64,000 nucleotides of DNA. Source: a virus. The notes under the pieces are model-generated. The model did not search any database and was not told where the DNA came from. It was given only the letters and a program-made list of their open reading frames with translations. The DNA lies in IMG/VR virus record IMGVR_UViG_3300045971_000528, positions 42,082 through 106,081 of that record; one strand, 5' to 3'. The position numbers were made by a program, and so were the translations under genes. Below, one piece after another: positions 56,359 to 64,000 of the stretch (positions are counted from its first letter, which is position 1; each line of letters opens with the position of its first letter).

Positions 56359-56634
56359 TCACTTCAGAAGGTTGTTCAGACCGGCATCAGGCGCCGCTGG
56401 CTGAAGAACGGGTTGACCAGCTGGCTTCGCTGGTGCCTGCGCCACTGGGGCGGCTTGCTGGACAGGAGCAACGGGGGCTTGAGTCGATTCGGCAGGCACC
56501 GAAGTTGCTGGGGCTGCCACGACTTCAGGCGTCTTGGGCCGACTGTCGAGGAACTTGCTGGCGCCGAAGACCGCGAGACCGACGATTGCCAGAAGCGCGA
56601 GGATCTTGGGAAGAGGTTTGACGTTGGAAAGCAT
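56359..56634 (-). CDS. membrane anchor + Ala/Pro linker protein
   Basis: LSNVKPLP-TM shared with 58766..60499. Confidence 0.7.
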   Translation of the reverse strand: MLSNVKPLPKILALLAIVGLAVFGASKFLDSRPKTPEVVAAPATSVPAESTQAPVAPVQQAAPVAQAPAKPAGQPVLQPAAPDAGLNNLLK

Positions 56635-56707
56635 TGGCGTGGTGTCCTTTGGTTGCGATGATGTATTGTAGTCTATGTGCGCAGGTTAGTACACCCACAA
56701 ACGCAGG

Positions 56708-57514
56708 TTAGAGGGTCTTGAAGAGTTCTTGCAGTTCCTGCACCATCGGCCAGAATGCAGAGTTGTGCATGATGTCGGGGTCCCAAGCAAGACCACGTTC
56801 GATCAAGTTGTAACGCTTGATCACCGTGGCACCAGGCTTGTCCTTCTCACGACCAAGAACCCAGATCTCGTCAGCCAATCGCACGGCACTTTCAAGATCA
56901 TGGGTGGTGAAGATGACGGTGTTGAGGCAGTCTGCAGTCGAGACCTTCAGGATCGTCTCGCACACACGAGCCTTCGCGATGATGTCGAGACCAGAGAACG
57001 GCTCGTCCATCAACAGGAAGTGCTCAGAGCAGAGCAACTGCTGGATGATGGCAACACGCTGCCGCTGCCCACCCGACAGTTCGACTGGGTACGCATCCTT
57101 CTTGTCGCTCAGCCCGAAGTGATGTAGGAACGCTTCAGCCTCGGCTTTCGTGTCACCTGCGCTCTTCCTGTGAGCCCCAGCCAACATGAGGTTGCTCCAC
57201 ACAGTCCGGTGGTTGAGCAGCGGATATGCTTGCTGGACGACACCCACGTCACCGGCTCGGACGGGCAGCTTCACTTCGTTGAGCAGCACCTGACCAGTCG
57301 TCGGCTGTTGGAGACCGGCGATGCAGCGGAACAACTGTGTCTTGCCGATGCCAGACGGGCCGAGCAGGGCAACGACTTGACCTTGCACCAGATCTGGGCG
57401 GATGATGTCGTCGACTTCGACGTTGATGTCACGCAAGATGACCTTGTCGCCATACGAGAGGTTGAGGCCGGCGATCGTGAGCAGGCGTTCTTGCTTGGTG
57501 TACGGGACGTTCAC
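56708..57514 (-). CDS. ABC transporter ATP-binding protein (SsuB/TauB-like)
   Basis: GPSGIGKT, LSGGQRQR, LLMDEPF, H-loop. Confidence 0.95.
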   Translation of the reverse strand: MNVPYTKQERLLTIAGLNLSYGDKVILRDINVEVDDIIRPDLVQGQVVALLGPSGIGKTQLFRCIAGLQQPTTGQVLLNEVKLPVRAGDVGVVQQAYPLLNHRTVWSNLMLAGAHRKSAGDTKAEAEAFLHHFGLSDKKDAYPVELSGGQRQRVAIIQQLLCSEHFLLMDEPFSGLDIIAKARVCETILKVSTADCLNTVIFTTHDLESAVRLADEIWVLGREKDKPGATVIKRYNLIERGLAWDPDIMHNSAFWPMVQELQELFKTL

Positions 57515-57725
57515 TTCGTCTCCTTCGGCGCTTGATCAAGCTCGTCGTAGAGAGCTGCAACGGCGACGTAGATGTTCTCGCCGTACTTTGCTCGACACTC
57601 ACGAACCTTCGTGAAACACTCTTCGCTGCCAATCGATTGTACGCCGAGAAGCCAAAGCAACTCATCAGCTGTTTCCCAGGCGGCGAGTGGGTAGCACTCT
57701 TCGAGGACGTCGATGATGTTCTCGT

Positions 57726-58511
57726 TCACTTGTCGCTCCGGTTCAGACGCGTCCAGGGGCAGAGAGCCAGCCGCAGGTACGTGAGACCCACATCCTGCAA
57801 GATGCCGTAGGAAAGGATGGTCAGTTGGATGGCGAACACTGCAGCCAAGTTGAAGTACTTGTTCTGGTTCAAGAGCAGCGAGCCGATGCCACCGTCAGAT
57901 CGAGTGATGCCTTCAACCATGGCCAGCATCGTCCAACCAACTGCGGCATTCTGACGGATGAGGTCGAGCATCTCGCCTGACTTGCCACGCACCATCAGCT
58001 CCCACGTGAGACCCCAACCAGACAGGCCGAGCGAGCGTGCGTAGTCAATCTCGGATTGCGGTGTGGCCTTCACTGCATCGATCATCGAGCGAGACAGGAA
58101 GACGGTCATGCCGAACGTAAGCAGCGACAGCTTGAGCGAGTGCTGCGAGTCCGTCCACAGCGTGAAGAGGTAGGTGAGACCGGCGAAGCCAAGGAACCGC
58201 AGTGCCGCGATCGTGGTAGTGATCGGCTTCGAGATATCGGTGGTGCTCAGCGCGGCAATGATCCAACCGAGAATGCCGGATAGCAAGATCGCTTCGGCAA
58301 TGATCTCGGCAGATGAGGCAAGTTCCCGCAGCAGACCTTGCTCGAGTGCCAGCTTGTTCCAAGCCTCGAGGATGGCGAGCGGTGAGGGAATGCCAGTTGT
58401 TAGCGGGGCGACGGTCCAGAGGCCAAGCAGAATGACGAGCTGACCGGCCGCAAGAAACTTGACGCTGAAGCGCCGCCCCATGGAAAACGGTGTAACGAGT
58501 GCAGTGATCAT
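57726..58511 (-). CDS. ABC transporter permease
   Basis: six TM segments, EAA-like loop (YARSLG). Confidence 0.88.
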   Translation of the reverse strand: MITALVTPFSMGRRFSVKFLAAGQLVILLGLWTVAPLTTGIPSPLAILEAWNKLALEQGLLRELASSAEIIAEAILLSGILGWIIAALSTTDISKPITTTIAALRFLGFAGLTYLFTLWTDSQHSLKLSLLTFGMTVFLSRSMIDAVKATPQSEIDYARSLGLSGWGLTWELMVRGKSGEMLDLIRQNAAVGWTMLAMVEGITRSDGGIGSLLLNQNKYFNLAAVFAIQLTILSYGILQDVGLTYLRLALCPWTRLNRSDK

Positions 58512-58765
58512 GACTTCTTGGTCTTGTAGAAACGGATGACTGTGACGCCATTCGCGCGCAACGAATCGTCAATGGCCTTGATCGCTGCCTCAGCCTGTTC
58601 GTACGAATGGAACTCGAGCAGTTGGCTGGTTACGCTGGGTGGGTATGAGCCGCTCCCGCCAACCCTGTACGCGACCATCACTTTGAAGTCCATGTTTCTT
58701 CCTTTGAGGAGGACCCGTAGGATCCTCTTGAAAGGAGAGGGCCGAAGCCCTCTCACATGGCCTGC

Positions 58766-60499
58766 TTACTTGCGCAGCAGGATTTCGACGCGGCGGTTCT
58801 GGGCGTTGGTGCCGATGGGCATCGTGTCGCCGTAACCACGGGTCGTGACGCGCTCGGCCGGGAAGCTGGTCGGAGCATTCGTCATCAGGAACTTCTTCAC
58901 AGCTTCGGCACGGGCCTTGCTGAGCTCGAGGTTGCTGGTCGGGCTGCCGACGGTGTCGGTGTGGCCATTGATCTGCAGCGACAGCGAGGTCACAGCAGCT
59001 TGGTCCAGCACGTCATTCAGCGCAGCCATTGCCTTCGGTGTGAACGTTGCCTTGCCGGTCTCGAACTCGATGGACACGGACTTGGAAGCCACGGTCACGG
59101 TCGATGCGCCATTGAAGGTCGGCGTCACGGCCTTGCCGGCATCGCCAGTGGCGGTCAGCAGCTCTTGCATGTAGCTGGTGTCGATCACGTCTTCGTACTT
59201 CTGCAGGCCGCCAGGCATGATGTCGGGGAAGTACTGGACAGCGATCTTGCCATACACGGTGTAGACCTTCTTGAAGAGGTTGTCAGCGCCGTTCAGGCCG
59301 AAGAGGTAGGCGGAGTCGGCCAAGCTGTTGGTCGTGGAACCACCCAGGGCGATCGGCTTGCCATTCGGGCCGGCTTCGACGGTGCCACGGAAGAGTGAGG
59401 CCCAGTAGCTGGCGTCTTGCTCGCCGAAGATCTTGGCTTCTTCAGCAGCGGCCACCATCAGTGCGGCATTGTCGGTGCGGACCTTCTCGCCACCTTCGAA
59501 CGTGGCAGCCAAGAAGGCCTTCACGACGTCGCGGTGCTTGGACATCCACTCCTTGTTGCCGATGACCAGTGCGGACATCTGCCATGCGTAGTCCTTGGTC
59601 GAAGCCAGAACGCGGATCGACTTGCCACCGGCCTTGAACTGGTTGAACACGTTCGTGTCGCCCGGGGTCCAGGTCGCGGTGCCGGTCACGCACACCTTCT
59701 GCATCTTGCCAGTGCCGGCCACGGTGCGGTCTTCACAGGCGCCGCCTTGGAAGTTCTTCTGCATCGAGGCGATGAAGGCCTGGTCAGCTTCGACGAAGTC
59801 CTTGGCGTTCGTGAGGTTCAGCGCGTTGGGGTCGTAGATCTTCGTGTCGGCGTTCACGGGGATACCGTTGTCGGCGGCCCACTTCACGCAGATGTTGATG
59901 TCGCCGTCACCGAGCACGCCCTTGACGAGAGCACCACGGGGTTCCACACCATCGGCGATGATGCACTTGTCTTCGCCGCGGCTGTAACCGATACCAGCGA
60001 TGCCGGCAACGTGCGAGCCGAAGGGCTTGAGTGCGGCATTGGCGCCGATCGAGAAGGCCGGGTAGCCGTCACCCATGATCACGACGAAGTGCACGCCTTG
60101 AGCCGGATCCTTCGCGAAGGAGGCCAGATCGGCGGTCATCTTGCTGTAGTCGTCTTCACGCTTGATGTCGACAGTCAGGCCCTTGGCCTTGTAGAGACCG
60201 GCCGACTTGGCGTAGGCTGCACCAGCAACGGCGTTCCAGGCCAGGACCTTGACACGCAGCTCTTGCGGGGCAACGGCAGGCGCGTTGATGACGGCACCAT
60301 GGCTCATGGCGATCGCTTCGGCCGGTGTGGTCGGCAGATCGATCTTGTCCGGCACGGCGATGGCGACGGTCGGCTTCGGCGCAACATAGGCGCCCAGCTT
60401 GGTGTTGTCGATGGCCCACTTGGCTCCACCGATGATGGCTCCCACACCCACCAGAAGGATGAGTGCTCGCGGGAGCGGTTTGACGTTACTCAGAAACAT
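58766..60499 (-). CDS. ABC substrate-binding protein fused to C-terminal OmpA peptidoglycan-binding domain
   Basis: N-terminal TM, SRGED motif, GHTD..N..LS..RA, GYG, NRRVEI. Confidence 0.88.
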   Translation of the reverse strand: MFLSNVKPLPRALILLVGVGAIIGGAKWAIDNTKLGAYVAPKPTVAIAVPDKIDLPTTPAEAIAMSHGAVINAPAVAPQELRVKVLAWNAVAGAAYAKSAGLYKAKGLTVDIKREDDYSKMTADLASFAKDPAQGVHFVVIMGDGYPAFSIGANAALKPFGSHVAGIAGIGYSRGEDKCIIADGVEPRGALVKGVLGDGDINICVKWAADNGIPVNADTKIYDPNALNLTNAKDFVEADQAFIASMQKNFQGGACEDRTVAGTGKMQKVCVTGTATWTPGDTNVFNQFKAGGKSIRVLASTKDYAWQMSALVIGNKEWMSKHRDVVKAFLAATFEGGEKVRTDNAALMVAAAEEAKIFGEQDASYWASLFRGTVEAGPNGKPIALGGSTTNSLADSAYLFGLNGADNLFKKVYTVYGKIAVQYFPDIMPGGLQKYEDVIDTSYMQELLTATGDAGKAVTPTFNGASTVTVASKSVSIEFETGKATFTPKAMAALNDVLDQAAVTSLSLQINGHTDTVGSPTSNLELSKARAEAVKKFLMTNAPTSFPAERVTTRGYGDTMPIGTNAQNRRVEILLRK

Positions 60500-60665
60500 G
60501 ATGTACCTTTCAGTTGCGGTTGATGATGGTCAGCTCGTTTTAGGCGAGTATGTCATTCTAGTCTATCGGCTCAGGTTAGTACAATGATGATGCAGGTCAC
60601 ACGCAGGTTGCACTAACCGGAGACGACAGAGGGCGACCGAAGCCGCCCTCCTTGATGTGCGCTGC

Positions 60666-61721
60666 TTACTTCTTGTTCAGCAGTTGGGCGTAGTCGACTG
60701 CAGCCGGGGCACCGATGTTCACCATCATCGGTGCAACGCTCGACTGCTCGAGCAGCTGTGCCTTGCCGGCGGAGCCGAGCAGGATGCTGTCGGCCTTCTG
60801 CTCCCAAGCTTGCAGACGCTTGAGACCTTCGGCTTCGTACACGCCGTTCTGCAGATCCAGACCGTCGATGAAGGGCTTGGCTTCCTCGATGAAGCTCTCG
60901 ATCTCGCCGACCTTCATGGCCAGGTCGTTCACCTGAAATTCCATGGCTTGGTCGTAGAGCTGCTTCTCGAAGGAGCTGCCGCTCATGATGGCCTTGGCCG
61001 CCTTGATCACGCTGTAGCTGGCCATGATGCCGTCGCGACGGATCTCTTGGGCCTCGACCTCGTTGGTCGTGTCCTCGATGAGGGTGCCGGTCACTTCATA
61101 CAGCTTGTTGGCTGCACGGAGGTGGGCCTCGAGCATCGTCTTCAGTGGCAGCATCGTCTCGTTGGTCAGCTTCTCGAGGCGAACTGCTTGCTTGGCATTG
61201 ACACGCATTGCTGCTTCATTGCTGCGGTTCTTTGCCTCTTGAGCGATTGCGAATGCCTTGTCGGCGCGAGTGTTGATGGTCGCGATCTTGCCATCGAGCA
61301 CCTTGATCTGCCCCCTCAGCTTGTCGCGAGCTTCGCCGATTTCTTCACGACGACTGATCATGCGCTTCACAAACGTCTTCATGATGCCGATCGGATCGAT
61401 CTCGACGAACCAGCCCGTCAACTTGCGCATGACACCTTGGAAGATGTACGAGCACAGCATCTGAAACCGTGCGTTCGTGACGGTGTAGCCGATCACGAAC
61501 AGGAAGAGACCGAGGAACGTCAGCAGCACCGTGTTCGCAGCGATGCCGACCAACCCGCTGACGATGCCAGCCAAATTGGTGACGACGCCGAGAATCGGAC
61601 CGCTGAAGAACGCGAGAGCGCCGATACCGCCCGCAATCGCGAGCATGCCGGTCTTGCCTTCGGGACGAGCCCAGAAGGACTTGATGGTCTGGCCAGTGTT
61701 GCCCGGCAGATCGAGAGACAT
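60666..61721 (-). CDS. membrane-anchored coiled-coil protein (PspA-like)
   Basis: two TM segments, DP motif then long coiled coil. Confidence 0.65.
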   Translation of the reverse strand: MSLDLPGNTGQTIKSFWARPEGKTGMLAIAGGIGALAFFSGPILGVVTNLAGIVSGLVGIAANTVLLTFLGLFLFVIGYTVTNARFQMLCSYIFQGVMRKLTGWFVEIDPIGIMKTFVKRMISRREEIGEARDKLRGQIKVLDGKIATINTRADKAFAIAQEAKNRSNEAAMRVNAKQAVRLEKLTNETMLPLKTMLEAHLRAANKLYEVTGTLIEDTTNEVEAQEIRRDGIMASYSVIKAAKAIMSGSSFEKQLYDQAMEFQVNDLAMKVGEIESFIEEAKPFIDGLDLQNGVYEAEGLKRLQAWEQKADSILLGSAGKAQLLEQSSVAPMMVNIGAPAAVDYAQLLNKK

Positions 61722-61741
61722 GATGATTCCCTTTCGTGATG

Positions 61742-62410
61742 TCAGCCGAGTGCCGACAGGATGGTGGACTTGTGACTCTGCAGTTCTTGCTTGACGACTT
61801 GCGCCGCCATCTTGAACTGTGCAGTTGCTTGTTCGATCTCGAGACGCTTTGTGGCTGCCTCGGCAGTTGCCTGAGCAACGTCCTGCTGGAACGTGCCGAT
61901 CTGTGCACTGAGCTCGGCGATGCGAGCTTGCAGCTGTTCGATCTGCTGCGTGTTGGAAGTGATCGCCGACGTTGCAGCGGCTGCACGACGCTCTTGACCA
62001 CCCACTTCTTCAGCGGCCTTCTTGTCGATGGCTTGCTTGAAGCGAGCTTCTTCGCCATCGACGTCGGCCAAGTGGATGTCCACGGCTTCAGCGACTTGAC
62101 GTGTGGTACGACCATCGCCGGCCGTAGCGAAAGCCGCCTTGAAGCGGGTCACCGGGTCGGGGATGATCGAGGCCAGCTTGTCAGCTGCAGTGAGCAGCTG
62201 TGTCAGCGCTGTGTTGCGGCTCAGCACTACCTTGCGGATGGCAGCCACAAACTCGGGGCTGACTTGCGGTGTAGCGTAGGCAGACCCTGCCAATGCCACA
62301 CTGCCACCGATCGGCTGCATCACCGGCGCGGGGGCCGCTGGCTTTGCGGCTTCATCGCCCTTGTTTGGGTCGATGAGGACTGCCTCTGCAATCTTGTCGT
62401 ACCATGCCAT
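61742..62410 (-). CDS. coiled-coil protein, paralog of 62420..63004
   Basis: F.A.IR, DP..R..AA shared. Confidence 0.7.
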   Translation of the reverse strand: MAWYDKIAEAVLIDPNKGDEAAKPAAPAPVMQPIGGSVALAGSAYATPQVSPEFVAAIRKVVLSRNTALTQLLTAADKLASIIPDPVTRFKAAFATAGDGRTTRQVAEAVDIHLADVDGEEARFKQAIDKKAAEEVGGQERRAAAATSAITSNTQQIEQLQARIAELSAQIGTFQQDVAQATAEAATKRLEIEQATAQFKMAAQVVKQELQSHKSTILSALG

Positions 62411-62419
62411 GATGATGTC

Positions 62420-63004
62420 CTACTTGTTAAAGGCGGAGATGATCGACATCTGCCTACGTTGAAAATCGGTGCGAACTTCTCGCGCTGCTTGCCTGACTCG
62501 TTCCTGCACTGCAAAGACCGCGGTCTGGTTCTCAGCAATTTCGCCACGGAGGTGAGTGATGTCATCGTTGCACTGGGCAACGGTGTCCTTCAACTCCTCG
62601 ATGACGCGTTCTGCTTCGATGATTGCCTGTTCGCGCTCTCTGATCTTGCGTTGCAGTTCCTCACGGTCTGCACGCAGATCCTGCGTAGCAGCTTTGGTAA
62701 GGATCCGCTCCTGTGCATCGATGTCGCCGATGTGCTCGACCACCGCCGCGTCCAGCTCCTGGAACGTGATGGTCTCGCCAAGGGCGGTGATCGCAGCTTG
62801 TAGCCGAAGCTTCGGATCTGCGAACAACCCCTTCATTCGTTGGGCTGCATCGTAGATACGGGACAGCATCGTGCTTCGAGTACCGCCCGCTTGGCGAATG
62901 ATCGCAGCGAAGTCCTGCACTGGAACAACCACATCCGTCAGGGTGGGCACCTCGAGAGGTGCCGCATCCGTAGGAGGGCCGAAGATGTTTGCTTCAGCAG
63001 TCAT
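62420..63004 (-). CDS. coiled-coil protein, paralog of 61742..62410
   Basis: shared motifs. Confidence 0.7.
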   Translation of the reverse strand: MTAEANIFGPPTDAAPLEVPTLTDVVVPVQDFAAIIRQAGGTRSTMLSRIYDAAQRMKGLFADPKLRLQAAITALGETITFQELDAAVVEHIGDIDAQERILTKAATQDLRADREELQRKIREREQAIIEAERVIEELKDTVAQCNDDITHLRGEIAENQTAVFAVQERVRQAAREVRTDFQRRQMSIISAFNK

Positions 63005-63008
63005 GTGC

Positions 63009-63611
63009 TCAGTTCGCAGGGCGCAGTTGGATGCCGGTGTCGCGCTTCGTCTCGAAGGTCTGGTGTGCCTTCTCGGTCGTCACGATGGTGCACATCTTCT
63101 CGATGTCCAGCTTCGGGTAGCCAGCGAACTTGAGCATGAAGCCCGACCACACGTTGCCGCGCAGCGTCTCGTAGTTCCGGCACTGGTCCAGCAACTGTGT
63201 CTGCGAGTTCTGGAACTGGTTGCGGAAGGCCTCGATCACTTGCTGGATCTTGGTGTACATCGACGGGTCCAGCGACACATTGGCTTCCTTCAGCCACTGC
63301 ACGGTGGCTTGGGAACCGTTGGCGCCGTAGCGGCCTTGAATGGCGGCGGTCACGATCTTCTGCAGATCGGCGGCATACATGCCCGGGACTTGGGCGATTT
63401 CCATCACCTTCTGGGTGCCGTTGGCGTAGACGTTCTCGTTGTCGGCGTACTTGGCCTTGATGGCTACTTCGAGCCGGTTGCCTTGGTTGGCGGCACTGAC
63501 GTACGTGCCGATTGCCATTGCTGCGACGACGCCGACAACCGAGAGACCGATGATGACTGGGACCAGAGAGCCCCCACGTTGAGGGAGGGACTTGTTGCCG
63601 ATGACTGCCAT
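63009..63611 (-). CDS. LemA-like membrane protein
   Basis: N-terminal TM, N....E, IEA.RN.F...Q. Confidence 0.7.
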   Translation of the reverse strand: MAVIGNKSLPQRGGSLVPVIIGLSVVGVVAAMAIGTYVSAANQGNRLEVAIKAKYADNENVYANGTQKVMEIAQVPGMYAADLQKIVTAAIQGRYGANGSQATVQWLKEANVSLDPSMYTKIQQVIEAFRNQFQNSQTQLLDQCRNYETLRGNVWSGFMLKFAGYPKLDIEKMCTIVTTEKAHQTFETKRDTGIQLRPAN

Positions 63612-63671
63612 TTTGAGGCTCCTTGATGAGGTATGTGATTGTAGATCATTTGGCTGAGGTTGAACACCTAA

Positions 63672-64000
63672 CTACTCAGGTTCACCGAAATAGTTCTGCA
63701 ACGACTTGATGCCGTCAGCGAGGTTGTCCAGCAGCGCAACATCATGCCGCTGGCACATGACCTCGATGTTACCACGCCGCCAGAAGTCGGGCTCGGCCAC
63801 GACGATGATGTGGAATCCGGCGGCGCATGCGATGCCGAGTTCCATCAGCGAGATCGGCGAGAGCGTGTTGCCTTGGAAGTAGAAGAAGATCAGGTCGCTG
63901 ATGTTGACTTGGTCGAGTTCCCAGTTGACCTGCTCGACGAAGACGGGGTTGTCAAGCGATTGCTTCCAGCTCGAGTCCCAGGCGGAACGGCGAGGATTGA
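63672..64000 (-). CDS. nucleoside 2-deoxyribosyltransferase-like protein (5' truncated by window)
   Basis: NPRR, QVNWE, SPISLMELG, FWRRGN read on the minus strand. Confidence 0.8.
   Translation of the reverse strand, partial: NPRRSAWDSSWKQSLDNPVFVEQVNWELDQVNISDLIFFYFQGNTLSPISLMELGIACAAGFHIIVVAEPDFWRRGNIEVMCQRHDVALLDNLADGIKSLQNYFGEPE

Noticed and set aside
1-64000. Genome-wide TAG recoding
   Set aside because: Long genes are intact under the standard code and several genes appear to end in TAG (e.g. 54245, 44387). Only the Pth2 gene shows an internal amber.

Overview
A 64-kb segment of a large, T4-like or jumbo lytic phage genome. Almost all genes are on the minus strand. The probable host is a Betaproteobacterium (MHFG PEP-CTERM protein, hemerythrin, host-like tRNAs); this is an inference. 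There are no core structural or replication genes. Main contents: (1) an ~11.5-kb stable-RNA region (22.1-33.6 kb) with an rrn-like leader (tandem promoters, hairpin, boxA), ~25 tRNAs, an RNase P RNA, five Y-RNA-like elements with interchangeable tRNA-mimic cargo, and several deliberately odd tRNA-like RNAs; (2) a ribosome-rescue locus (40.5-44.4 kb) with a permuted two-piece tmRNA, a CUA amber-suppressor tRNA, and a Pth2-type peptidyl-tRNA hydrolase gene that starts ATG-ATG-TAG and so needs amber readthrough; (3) two tandem arrays of small paralogous proteins that share an N-terminal M(K/R)LxE(I/L) leader behind TAAATA late promoters, which are candidate capsid-packaged effectors; (4) an NAD+ salvage cluster (NAMPT, NadM-Nudix, PnuC, NadR, beta-barrel protein); (5) an ABC/TAXI/LemA-like envelope module; plus a CCA-adding enzyme, phosphatases, GNATs, a PBP7-like peptidase, a nuclease and two homing endonucleases. 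All calls were made by eye; no database searches were run.
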